Translations under genes and position numbers: made by a program
Notes under the pieces: model-generated
What the model saw: only the letters and a program-made list of their open reading frames with translations
Told to the model about the DNA's origin: nothing
Database searches by the model: none
Part shown: one piece after another, positions 1 to 12,579 of the stretch
Numbering within the stretch: the first letter of the stretch is position 1
Layout: each line of letters opens with the position of its first letter
Source: Pseudovirgaria hyperparasitica
Taxonomy: Eukaryota
Direction: 5' to 3' (one strand)
NCBI GenBank assembly: GCA_010093815.1
Contig: ML996573.1
DNA length: 56,372 nucleotides

Positions 1-172
1 TTATCGTACTATTATAGACGAATTAAGCTAGTAGTAGTAGTTCTACCTAATTATCTTATTATTTATTAATATAGTATTAGAGGTATTATTCTAGTGTTCT
101 ATTTAGAATCTCTATTTATCTATCTATCTATAGGTAGTAGACTATTAATAGTTAGTAGTTCGTTCTAAGCTA
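1..172 (-). pseudogene. RIP-degraded Ty3/Gypsy integrase core fragment, the downstream continuation of the element at 27209-32167
   Basis: After C->T/G->A reversion the minus strand reads ...[31 protein letters not shown]..., the canonical Gypsy integrase motif. It continues the ...SDRDKLFTSNFWKS motif that ends at 27209. Confidence 0.85.
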
Positions 173-173
173 T

Positions 174-200
174 TCATTAGGAAAGATACAGCGCTCCCAA
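174..200 (+). repeat. Left terminal inverted repeat
   Basis: tcattaggaaagatacagcgctcccaa matches the reverse complement of 27182-27208 (ccattaggaaagatacggcgctcccaa) at 25/27 positions; both mismatches are RIP-type transitions. Followed by short c(c)taagtact repeats. Confidence 0.9.
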
Positions 201-315
201 GTACTCCTAAGTACTCCCTAAGTATTCTTTCATCCCATTGTATCCATCGGGCGGACCTACTTACTATCTATCCCAACGGGACGGCTTTATATAATTTATA
301 CTAAGTATTCCGTTT

Positions 316-360
316 NNNNNNNNNNNNNNNNNNNNNNNNNNNNNNNNNNNNNNNNNNNNN
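316..360. other. Assembly gap (45 N)
   Basis: Run of n in the left subterminal region of the TIR element. Confidence 1.
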
Positions 361-364
361 ACTC

Positions 365-1420
365 TCATAGAATAAATAGTATATAGTATTTTAGCTTCTC
401 TATCTACTCTACCTACTCTATCTACTCTATATACTCTATCTATTTTAATAGAAGTCTCTTTTCTAAAGTAATATCTTTATCTAAAGTATCTCTATAACTC
501 TATATATCTTATTATTCTAAATTATATCTTTAGTATATTTAATTATAGTCTTTAAATTTAATACTAGAAAGATAGTATATAATAGAGAGTAGAGGTTAAA
601 AATTAATTAGACTAGGAACTTAAATTAAATGGTACTATTCTAAGCTCTCTCCGACTATATAGCTATAATGAAATATAGTAGACCTTCCTTTCTTCTACCT
701 TTGGGCGGTGTCCTTTATCTATTAAAAGGTGTCCTTATCTAGAACTACCTTTGATGACCTTTTCTCCCACCAGACACTTCCCTCTATATTTCTAGTTACT
801 ATTTTTATTCTCTCTTATATTATCTGTTCGGCCTCGTAGTAGTCTATATAGTTCCCTAGCTATATACTAATATCCGACTTCTCTTAAAAGTATATACTCT
901 TTATATATAGGTTAAAGACCCGACTTAAACGTCCGCTACTATCTAACTTTATTTTAATTTAAGTATCGGTCGGGGTAGATAGACTACTAGTTAAGGTAGC
1001 TATAACTAGGGATAATAAGTTAGTAATAGACTTATTTATACTACACGTATATATACTATTATTTACCGTTCCCGCGGTTACTTAGAGCGGGTCTATACTT
1101 AATACCTAAGATGGTATAATCTTATCCGTAGCCACTACTAGTAGTATAGAACTCTCACCCATATCTAATAGCGTATAAGATGATTCGAGGCACTTATCCA
1201 ACTGGTTTAGAGTATCCGACTCATCCTTTTCATAGTAGTTAGTATCTATATAGCCTCTATAACTTTAGTATATACTTATATTATCTAATAGCTTAGACTC
1301 CTCGCTCTTATCTAAGTTATCTATATCTACTTTAGAGAAGTTATCTAGGTTATCTTTATATAGGTTTATATATATAGTGTCCGGGTCGATTGGTGTTAGT
1401 ACTATAAATACCAATGCTAT
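365..1420 (-). pseudogene. RIP-degraded ~350-codon ORF of unknown function with an acidic N-terminus (transposon cargo)
   Basis: One frame runs from ATA (probable RIP'd ATG) at 1420 to TGA at 365-367 with only TAA/TAG interruptions. It reads ALVF..PTPIDPDT...DESEE... Confidence 0.5.
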
Positions 1421-1549
1421 TAGCGATTTTTAAATGTAGTTAATACGGTAGGGCGCCTGGTTCGACTATGTTAGGCTTAGCGCTCGCTATTCCTCTATAT
1501 AATTTAGCACGCGATTAGATAAAGGTATATATATATACCTAGTATTAGT

Positions 1550-2900
1550 GGAGAGTATATAAATCTATAGCGACCGAAGAACGAGTTCGGCGCCTACCCG
1601 CTACTATATTCGTTAAGGGCATGCCTTATTATAATATATATAATAGTAATTATAGATAGTGGGATTGGTCGGAATATACTACTATAGTACTCCTTTAATC
1701 TAAGGAATCTTAGGGACTATAGTAGAACTAACTTTAGAGCCTTAATTACTACTAGCCCTACGAACATTTTCCGAGTTACGCTAGTATTATACTAATAATT
1801 AGTAACACGTCTAATACGACGTAAGTAATATACCTTTACTTCTATATACGCGTTATTACGTATTAGGTTACTTATACTAGCTTTTCTCTTCTCGGCTATC
1901 TTCTAGTCCTAGTATTCGGATACTATCTATCTAACTCTAGAGAGGAGTTAGTAACGGAAGTCTATTATATCTTCCTTTACTAGCATAATAATATAGGCGG
2001 GAGGTGTGTTTTATGAATTATAATTAAGGTAGTAGCTACTAAGATTAATATCTCCGGCGGCTATCTAGGCCGATTATACTAGTATCCTAAAACTATCTAG
2101 GCTACTATCTAGCTATATATTAAGGTAATCGAATACCGGTAGTAACCGGCCTAAAAACGTTATAGCGATCGAAATCTCTATTATCGTAAGGTACCGGTCT
2201 CGTTCGTAAGGCTAAAGACTATCTCTATAGGACCGTCTCTTTTCACGGATAGTTAGTTCTCTCTCTACTACTATTTCTCTATCTTCTTCTATCGAGCTAG
2301 ATAGCTAATACGGTGGAGGAGAGGATGTAAGGCCGTTATATCCCCGGTTACTATTATAGTAGGATGTTACCGTGACGTCTAAGCTATATAGGGCGTTACT
2401 ACTATATTCGCTACCGGTATACCTAGACTACTAGGTTATTAGTAGATAAACGAACGCGTTAAGATAAGCTAGGTATATATATATACATTTTTTATATCGA
2501 TGGCTGTCGTGTAAGTCCCTATTATTAATACTAATACGTGTCTACGTTATATCGTATCTTCGTTTATCTATCCCGTTTAGTTTACTATAGTTACTAGATT
2601 ATCTTCTATTAGTGTTACCGCTACGGTAGCTAGATAGTCCCTTAACCGTCTTCCGTGTTAGAGGTCCTATAGAGAAGATATATAAGAGATTAGTAGATAT
2701 TTTTATTAGTAATAGGTCGGTAACCTACTAGGCGATAATATTAGGTAGCGGGATAATAACTAGCTAGTAGACACGATGAAGGTTTAGGCGTAGACTAATA
2801 TAGTGTTTTTATAGACGCGTGATACTTACGCGTTATTATTAATAATTTTAAGCGAGCGTGTATAGGAATTAAGGGGCTAAGAGCTAGGTAGAAGTTAGAG
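1550..2900 (-). pseudogene. RIP-degraded ORF remnant of unknown function, possibly intron-containing
   Basis: A minus frame reads as protein-like (..EEDRE...ERELxIREKRRSYRDSLxPYERDRYL..) and there is a gtaagt donor-like site near 2824-2829. Boundaries are approximate. Confidence 0.3.
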
Positions 2901-3045
2901 GTTAGTAGGTATATATCGGGCTTTCGACGGGCTTACACCTAACTTCTTCCGGTATACGCCTAGAATATCCGCCGTATGCCGTATTATTACCATCTACTAA
3001 TAATTATACTATGGTATTTTTCCTTTATAGTAACTATACCTCGAG

Positions 3046-6000
3046 ATGCCACGGGCCGTAGTCTCCTACTAATACTATAGTAGAAAGATTAGTAGTGTAT
3101 ACTATATAATCTATAGGCACTATAACTCGGAACTATATAGACGAGCACGGCTTGCCGTATTACTATTATTATTATAACTATTAGGCCCGTGGCTACTACT
3201 ATCGACCGGGTTATAGCGCGGCTTTAGTACTTATAGTTATATTAGTTAATGGAACTCTTTAGTTCGCTCTATTAGTGTTTAGCCGTCGAGCGTTAATTAG
3301 GAGTCCGAGTCTATAGAATTAGATACTTCTACTACTAATATTATCCTATATAAAGATACTACTATTTTCTCTAATCCTATTTCGGACCTAGAATCTATGG
3401 ACGGCGTTACTAGTAGCTATAGTACCGATTTAGTATGTTAGTCTAATATATATAGTAGAAATGCTATATCCATGGCGACGAGGGCGTCTAGTACTATATA
3501 TTTAACGAAAACGTTCGAAGAGGAGAGCGGTATATATATTATAGTAGACTAGAGTAGACGTGATAATCCGTCCGATATAAGTATATATAGTCTAGGTTTA
3601 TAGTAGTAACTAATTTAGTAGGCCCGATTCGGTTAATTCGATAGTAAGTTTATAGAGCGCCTTATAATATGGACGAATCGGTTTAGTATTTCGAATATAG
3701 TATATAATGAATTAACTACTATCCTTAAATAGACTTCCGCTATACCCCCCGACCTTTTTATACTAAAATCTAATATCATGCGTAAGTAGTTATTATACTA
3801 CCCTAAAGGGATACCGTACGAAAGTTGGTAGCGTAGCTACGATATATTCGGCACTACTATAGTCGAATACTAGTATAGGGATCCGCTTACGTTAGTGGAA
3901 TTCCTCCTTAGATACTAACCGTTCGCTAGTAAGCTCGTGTTTAAGCCGGTACGATAATTTACTAGTTTAGGCGACCGGGTATATAGTAAAGCCTATATAG
4001 TAGATGGTTAGTAGGATATGCACGCTACTATTCCGGATAGTACTATCGTCGTCTCTATTATTTTATCTTCGGATAAGACAAACCTTACTAACCATAGTAG
4101 TAATAGAGTAGTATAGCTAGTCTACCTATCTATTTATAATCTACCACTAAACGTCCGCTTATCTAGGAGTCTACTATTATTTCTACTACTTACTCTATTA
4201 CTAGTAGTTAAGCTAGAAACGGTAGCGAATCGCTTTATGTTCTATTAGGTTATAAGTAAAGTTCTAGCCTATATATCCGCCCATGATAGAGTCGTTAACT
4301 ATACTAATTATTATATAGCGTTATAGGCTATATAGAGTACTAGAGTATTAGTATTATATACTAATGGCGGCTCGCGTAAGTACTATCCGCGTTTAGCTTT
4401 ATATATTATAGATTTTCCGGAGTAGGTGCTTGTTACGGGTGTATCCTATCGGTATACATGTCTAATATATATAGTCCCTAGTAATAGACGATAGTATCTA
4501 TAAGAAGCTATTACTAGTGTATAGGAGTTCTATATATACTTATCGTTATAGGAATAGGTTTACCGTGTACGTCGCGAGTTAATAACTAATGGCCATGGTA
4601 GTAAGTATACTAGTGGTAAGATAGATAATGGGACGAGTATACCCGGTGTCTTATCGTTTTCGTCGACGTCTTTCGCGCTAGTAGTATAGGGCTATTATAT
4701 TCGCTAATCGGTTAAGAGTCGGTATTCTAGTAGGTGGATAGAGCTATTGGATAATTTCGCCTAGTTACTTACTAGAGTTAATATACACCGCGCGGTCGCT
4801 CCGGATATTCTACATTAACTATATAAGGGTATATTAGAATACACGTTTAATTAGATAGTCTTATATATTATTAATTAAGAGCGTACGGGATATAAGTTAA
4901 AGGGTGTATTTACCGGTATACCCCCTATAGAACGAGTAAAGAAGGTAATCGATAAGCGATTCGCGTCTATTGGGGTATTCGGTCGTTATAACCTACTTAC
5001 GTATATAACTTTAGTAATATAATAGACGGGGGCGATGTTTAAGCGTATGCTAGTAGTGTTTATAGTCGCGTTTAAACCGCTCCTATGTTATAATCGATAC
5101 TTCCTAAGCGTAGTACGGGCGGTTATTAATATATACATGTTAGCGGCGTACTATACGTATAATACATAGACACTAGTATACTTAGAAGAGGCTATATTAT
5201 ACTTAGACGACCTGAAATACTAGTTTATACTATATTATAGAGATAAATCGGAGGATAATCATTTTAACTTTCCGAAGTTCCATGTATTATCGCACCTGGT
5301 CGATGCTATTAAATACTATAGTTCGTTATATCTAATGTCGGTAGAGCTACTAGAGCGATCTTATATTATAGTAAAGAAATTATATCGAGGTTTAAATAAG
5401 AGAGAGACGTTTCTATAGTAGATACTAGTAGTAGATATACACACGATAAATACTAAAATCTCTAGTAGTATAGAGGTAGCGGCTAGTACTAGTATATTAG
5501 TAGCCTCTAGCCTAGAGTAGCTCGATAATACACGTAAGCTAGTCGGCCAGCGGTATATTCTAAAGGAGCCACGCTAGAGTAAACATATACTCTACGTCTT
5601 ATAGAGCTAGAGACTATCTACGTTCTACTAGACTACCGTTAGTGATCTCCACGACGTGTATAGTAGTAGTTTTATATTACTTAATACGGTTACACCCTTT
5701 ATACGTAACTATCGTAATCGGCTTATTAGGGATAATATATTAAAAGATACGAATATCGAACGTATTAAAAAGGACCCTTCATAGGCACGGGTCCTTCCTA
5801 TCTATATATATAAGACCATGTACGTGCCGATACGACTAGATAGAGATATATCTATAGAGGCCTTCAACCCGATTTAGATAAGATATACCCATAACTAGTA
5901 AAAGAGTAGTAAGGCTAGGGAGAATTATATAATAGTATAGGAGTTTAATAAGGGTAGTAACTACCTTAACGGGAAGCGGGTTAGTAAAGTCCGTATATTT

Positions 6001-6372
6001 CTAGAGGTATACGATATAGAGAGTATTAACGTAACTAGTAGTATAGCGGCGCGATTCCTAGGTGCGTTAGTTAAACTACTTAATAACTCGGGTGGAGGTA
6101 ATATCGACACCATTAGTAGCCTTATACCATTACGTATAGCGGGTTAAAGGTCTAGTAATAAGACTTATATAATGGATAGGTTCCGTGTCTACGAGCTAGA
6201 GTATATCCTACGCCCTATATAGATTATATTACGTTAGTTAGTTACGGATAGTTTATTCTAGTTAAACATGTATAGTAATTAGGGGATCTATAACGAGGTA
6301 TATAACCTAGACTTCTAGGCTATAAATAGACGAAACATAACCGTAGTATTAAAACACGGGCGCGTGTCGTAA
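3046..6372 (+). pseudogene. Plavaka-family transposase (~1108 codons) with a putative N-terminal C2H2-like finger
   Basis: Single frame from ATG 3046 to TAA 6370-6372. Reverted motifs YRDPL..VEFLL...PF..ELVF.P, RVYSEAHTADGWWDM, VVPIILSSDKTNLTNHSGD..AWPVYLSI.NL, DFPEQVL, FNFPKFHVLSH and C-terminal N.YSDW..YNEVYD are typical of Plavaka transposases. Confidence 0.9.
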
Positions 6373-6820
6373 GTCTATTACTATCTACCGCCGTCTACCG
6401 TAGTATGCCGGCATATGCCGGTATATAGCGGAAGTTATAGTTTATATATAGTAGCACTCGATAGTCATATCCTATACTAGGATATCTCTAAGGAATAATC
6501 GTAGTTTATTACAATCGGTTCTATAAAAGGCTTATATTTAATGACTATCTATAATTTTAGCTAAGGAGTATCTAGGGATATACCTTCTTATTATCTAATA
6601 ATTACTAGCTAGTATAAAAACTCCACGCCTCTAAAAGGGGTATATAGAACTTAAAGGATCCTCGTTTACGGGTAGAACTAGACATAGATAGTATTAACCT
6701 AATATAGATAGATTATATATATTAATACCCTAAAATCCGAACTATATCTCTAGGTCTACTAGATCTAGCTCGTACCCGATCCTAATGTTTTCGTTATTCG
6801 CGTTTATACCTTATTAGATA

Positions 6821-6948
6821 CCGGGTATATAACGAGTCTATGGTTAAGTAAGTATTAGGTACGTGACGAGTCTATTAATAAATAAGTGCCGGGTATATAA
6901 CGAGTCTATGTAAATAAGTATGAATAAGTATATACCGGGTATATAACG
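6821..6948. repeat. Three copies of CCGGGTATATAACG downstream of the transposase
   Basis: Copies begin near 6821, 6889 and 6935; the first two extend with AGTCTATG. Confidence 0.75.
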
Positions 6949-7771
6949 CTCTTACTAGGGAAACGTCTTCCTTAAGTATCTCCCCCTTCTAATATTTCTT
7001 CTTCTCTTCCTTTATTCTTTCCCTAGCCTTATAAGTATAGTTAGACTTATATTACTATATTATTAATATGTACGTTCTTGTATAGACCGTTAGAAACTAC
7101 GGTAACTAGATGTATATTCTTATAATAGATAAATATACCGTACTAATACGTCGCATTATTCGTGTTTAATATAAGAGTTTACTACTATAATTATTTGTTA
7201 TCACGCTCGTCTATCTCTTCTTAACGATAGTACTAATCGATAATAATCTATTATAGAGATAATAGTTAGTATTATATACTTCTCTTAAATATTCGCATGT
7301 TAATATCGCATAAGTATATACTTCGCGGAGGTCCTCTATCCTTCCCTTAAGCTACCTAGACTATCCCCTAATTACTAAAAACTCTTATATCTAACTATTT
7401 CCACTATTTATTCCTCGGTTCTACTCGTTAGGCTTTGAACGATAGCGAACTACGACGGGTTAGCGGTTATCTATATTTCGCGTACGCCGAGTTAGTATGC
7501 CTAAATATAATAGATAATAGTATGTTTATAATAATAATAATAATAATAATATTATATAACTAGGTAGAGTAGTACTCTACAGGCCTATGCCTTCTCTAGT
7601 CTAAGCCACTATGTAAGAAGAAACCCCATAGAGAAAAACTTCCTTATATCTATAACTATATCTCGTTAAACCTCTATTTTATCTTAAGTATATAGCTATA
7701 GGGTACGCCTATTAGCCTATAGCCTATATTACTATTATTTCGCCCTTAGGTAGTACGTATAGATACGGAGG

Positions 7772-7802
7772 TTATTAGTTAAGGGCTACCCTTAACTAAT
7801 AA
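7772..7802. repeat. 31-bp hairpin at the 3' end of the LINE
   Basis: ttattagttaaggg-cta-cccttaactaataa, a perfect 14-bp stem. Confidence 0.9.
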
Positions 7803-10800
7803 TCGGGGTTCTCCCGGGGTTCTTCCGGTATATATCGGGTTACTACCGGCGTATACCGGGTCTCTTCCGGTATATATTTCCGGGTCTACTAGTACTAGAG
7901 GAGTAGTAGATATATAAGTATCTATCGGGAGACGTCCTTAGGGTACTTATTAAGCTATTATATAATATCTAAAGTCTTTATAATATAGATAAGCTATTAC
8001 TATTATATATGGAGGTTAGGGTATATAGCTAGATAGTAGCGTATTATACCTCTCCGGCCGTACGCCTTATACTATAGGGAGGTATTAGAAACGCCTCTCT
8101 TATAGATATAGTATAGAAGTCCTATAGCGCCCGTTCGGGCTTAGATAAGTATAGATACTTAGGCTTTCGTTAGCCCTTTATACATCTATTTACTTAGTTT
8201 CTTCTATAGCCCTCGAATCTACTCTAGATATCTATTCTACTAGGAGATCTAGTAGGTATAGAGTGCCTCTTTCTACTTATCTTAAGTCCACGACCGCATG
8301 TTTTTTATAAGTTCTTAAAGGCTCTACTAGTCTAGAAGAGCGTCCGGGTTATCTCGGACTTCTTATACTACTTAGCTAGAGTCGGCTTCTATTAAGTACC
8401 TATACCGTATTCGATTCCGGCCTATATATAGAAGTACGCGGTAATATATACTAATTTATACACATAGCGCGGCGAAAGTATATTCTACGTTTTCTATACG
8501 TTCCTATACTTATTATTTAGTAAAGTATACTACTCTCTATATCTAGTAGAAGTTATATATACTTATAACGTCTATCTTACGTCGTAGTAGCACCGTATTA
8601 GTAGCTTTATATACGCCTAATATAAGACGGAGTATACGGTTCTATATAGATTCGAGCTTTATTCGCCTAGTCTATATAAGGGCCGTATACTAGTACTTAT
8701 GTCCGTACGTGAAGGCGGGTCGTACTATAGATATATATAGCTGGCGTGCCTTATCCCGGGCGGTTCCCTACGTGGAGACTATAATCTATTATATAGCGGC
8801 TTCTGCCTAGAGGGCCCTAGAGACGGTATATACCACTTATGGTCCCTATTTAAGCTTACTATCTAGTATAACTCCGAGCGCGTGTATACTTTATACTAGT
8901 AGTTCGTTAAATACGTCGATTCGGGGGCGTTATTTGTCTTCCCTAGTTACCTATTTCCCTTAACGGTTAATAAAGTATATAAGCTAGTATTTCTCTAGGG
9001 CGAACTTTACTCCGTGGCGTTTTACCTACTAGAGGCACCTCTTATAGTCCTATTCTAGTCGTCTATACGTTCGGTTAGTATTATTATTAATAGCTAGGAG
9101 GTATATGTTATCGGCGTATCCGACTACCTCTATATACTTTATTTCTTAAAGAAGGTCTACCGTAAAGAAGAGGAATAGAATCGGAGAGATAGTGCTCCCT
9201 TATGGGATACTATATACTATCTCTTTATATTCGCTCTAGTACCTAGGGATATATATCTAAGTTATTCTTCCTATAAGGAATAACTATATAAAGCGTGTAA
9301 TCTATTCTAGTATTCGTCTTATCCGGAGGTTATAAATAAGTCTTATATGGTTTATCTTATTAAACGCTCCGGCCATATCGAGGGAGAGAAGCAATACTAC
9401 CCATCCCTACTTCTATACAGCCTAGACGACTTCAATAATATATTAGATAGCTATTATTAGGGAGCTATCTATCTTTACCTTCTAGTTCGGAGGGAGGAGA
9501 TTATATTCCTATACCGTGGTGCTTATCTTCTTCGCTACCGTAGCCTCTAGTATCTTATCTAGGTAGAAGAGAAGGGCGATTAGTCTCTATCCCTTTAGGG
9601 AGTTAGGGCTCTTTCCTAGTTTCGGGAGTATAATAGTATAGGCGACTTAGAAGCTCTAGGGGTGGTACCCCTACGTGACGCATGCTTAGAATATACGAGT
9701 AATAAGTAGTAGGGTCGCTTTTATAGTACTTTTTAGGCATTAATTTAGAATTCTATCTAGTCTAGGTACTTTATCATTTAGGAGTATCTTAATAATATTA
9801 AGTATATCCTCCTCCGTAACTTCTTCGGGGATGTCTACTACGTATAGATATTCGGCGCCGTGAACGTCTAATAGGTCTACTAGTTCCGGGAGAGGGAACA
9901 TAGCCTCCTATAGGGCCTTAGTTTTCTTAAGGCTTATAGAGTATATTCTCCCCTAATGTATTAGGGGAGGCATGAGTAGCGGGGGTATCGGAGTATCTAC
10001 ACCCTTAGCCTATTTCGCTATACGCTATAGCCCTATTACGTATCGTGTCTATTAACTAGTAATTATATACTACTATTTACGCCTTTCGTTATGGAGGACT
10101 TTGTCGCGTTATTATATTACTTCCTTCTATTCTTTCTATAACTCGGGTATTCTCATACGGTATACGCGTGTGTATAGCCTTCGGGCGTCTTATATACTTT
10201 CCTATACTCGAGGAATCCCCTTTGCTTCCAGGGGCCGGTATATTCGGTATAGTACATGTTTATTTCTCGTATTCTAGTATATTTATAGGAGTATCTATAC
10301 GGCCTAGTCTATGGCTAGATTATTAGATATATTAACTATAGAGGGATCTAGAATCGCCGATTCCAGGTCCTTTAGGTACTTTTCCTAGTTAGTATTCTTC
10401 TATATCTATCGTCCCCGTTATTTATTCGGGGTATATATATTTATTACGGTTTCTATACATTTATAGTCGGAATCCGTCTATACCTAGCTTAGGCGGTAGT
10501 ATTAGATCTAGTAACTAATATACTCTATGGCGAAGGTAAGGTTAAGCGTGGACCCGTCTTCGTCCTATTTATGTTTTTTCTATATAACTTATTCTATAGA
10601 TATAAGTAGGTATAGGAAGTCGTGGTAGCGGGTACGTAGTTCCCTTACTCTAAGTTCTTCCCTTACTACGGCTAGGCCTCCCTACTATTAGTAGTAGAGG
10701 TTAAAGTCTCCTAGGAGGATGTGTTACCCTAGTTCCGTAGTACCCTTAAGCATCTCGTCTAGTATAAGTACACGTTATTAGTTATATATATTATATATAT

Positions 10801-11090
10801 ATAGGGGGCCTATATCTATTTATAGATGTAGTATTATCCTAAGGTTATCGCGCTCGGTATATAACTATAATAAGAGTAGTATTAATCTATGAATATAGAA
10901 GAGGACTCGTCTTTCTAGTCCTAGAGGGTGTATAGTATAGTATCCGGGGTATATGGTTGGTTTACTCGTCTAGTAGTGTTTATAGAGTTCCTAGATAGCG
11001 AGTATTATGGCCCCGGTCTCTTCGAGGAGCGTCGCCTAGTTCTCTCTTTTATATTATACGTTTACCTATATAATTTAGAGTATATTCTAG
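7790..11090 (-). pseudogene. LINE ORF2 (APE endonuclease and reverse transcriptase)
   Basis: Reverted motifs LQIMQANV..ILAIQEP (~11085-10985), HILLGDFN (~10700-10724), GIPQGSTISPILFL (~9170-9211) and VVGYADDTYLL (~9095-9128). Confidence 0.9.
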
Positions 11091-11099
11091 TCCCTTATT

Positions 11100-12512
11100 A
11101 GGTACTAGAGAGTATATATATCTATATACTTATTCCTTAGAGGCGCGACTATCCTCGCGCGGTAGCGGCTTTAACTATACCTTTTAGTCGTCCTATCGTC
11201 TTCGGGATAGTCTACTATCCCGCCTAACTATCTTCTAGAGGGGAGGTTAGGGGTATTATAAAGGAAGGGCCCGTAGTAGGTATTATATTCTATAACTATC
11301 TCGCGCCTCTCGCTTTTATCGTGCGAATATATTCTATAACCTATTTACGTTTTATGTACGTTAACGACCACGACGGGTGTTTCCCGTTATAGTTTAAATA
11401 CTATACTATATCTCTATTTCTTAGTCCGTCTCCTCGCGGTTTATAAGGGCACTCCTAGGTAGCGTAGTCCCTACGGCACTATCCGCACTTAGTCTTCTAT
11501 AAGTACCTTTATATAGTATATCTATACCCTTAATAGTTAAAGCACTATATTATTACCTATGCTCTATCCTATGGCTCGGCCATAAGGAGCTCTCCTTCTA
11601 CTAGGAATCCCTTCTATATAATGCGTTATACGAGGGCGGGGTCTCGGAGCTCTATAATTATAGTAGAGTGTTTTTTCGCCGTCGTCTTAATCGCCTATAG
11701 GTTCTTCTACCACGCTTTTATAATCTTAATCCCTAGGTATTTTCGCGTGTTAGATTATTCTATACGCGTAATATTCTCCGCTCCGATAGTCTATCCCTAT
11801 ATAGATACTATATATACTATAATCGGGTATATAGCTACCCTAATAGACGCGCCGGGGAAGATACTACCTATCGCGTTCGGATCTCGTAAGATGTTTTACT
11901 ACGTAGTATTTATTATAGTAGTAAGTACTACCCTACCTAGCGTAACTTTAGTAGCCACGACGCTTAACTATATTCCTTTCTATTCGTTAATCTTATTTAT
12001 AATTTCCTTTAGGGATACCTATTAGACCTACGCTAGTATATTCTTATCCTAGATTACGACACGTATACTATATACTCTATCTATGGTCCTAGTAGTCCTT
12101 AGTGCGGTAGCTCCGGGTATTACTATAATCTAAGCCTACGTGTTAGGGCGCTTACCTTAGAATAGCTCTTTCTAGATTCTCCGTAGGCTGGCTTCTATTC
12201 GGTTAAGTCTACTACTAGGTTCCTCTCGTGGCGACTTTCTTTCTTCCTCTATAATTCCTCTTAGGTTCCGGATAAGGTTCCGGAATATATAAAGAAGAGT
12301 CTTCTTTCCCTTCTCGGCGTCCCTCTCTATATATATTACCTAGTATTTAATTTTATCTAGGAGGGTCTCCCCTCTTGGGGTCCCCTCGGTCTAGGTTATC
12401 TATAGCGCTTCGCACCCTTAGTTAGTACCTATAATTTAGATAGGTGTCTAGCTATCTATATTAATGTCGCTATATAGCCGTTTCTACCGTACTAGTGGGG
12501 GTATATCCGGCA
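11100..12512 (-). pseudogene. LINE ORF1 (gag-like, zinc knuckles)
   Basis: ATG near 12512, a coiled-coil-like segment, and a C-x2-C-x3-H-x6-C-like knuckle (reverted C.NCNGKHPSWS.TC) at ~11357-11400. Confidence 0.75.
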
Positions 12513-12548
12513 TCTACCGGGGTATTATAATGCCTAAGGCCGCTATAG

Positions 12549-12579
12549 TTATTAGTTAAGGGTAGCCCTTAACTAATAA
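12549..12579. repeat. 31-bp hairpin in the LINE 5' UTR
   Basis: ttattagttaaggg-tag-cccttaactaataa. Confidence 0.9.

Noticed and set aside
177..181. Telomere-like TTAGG in the TIR
   Set aside because: Single occurrence with no tandem TTAGGG array.
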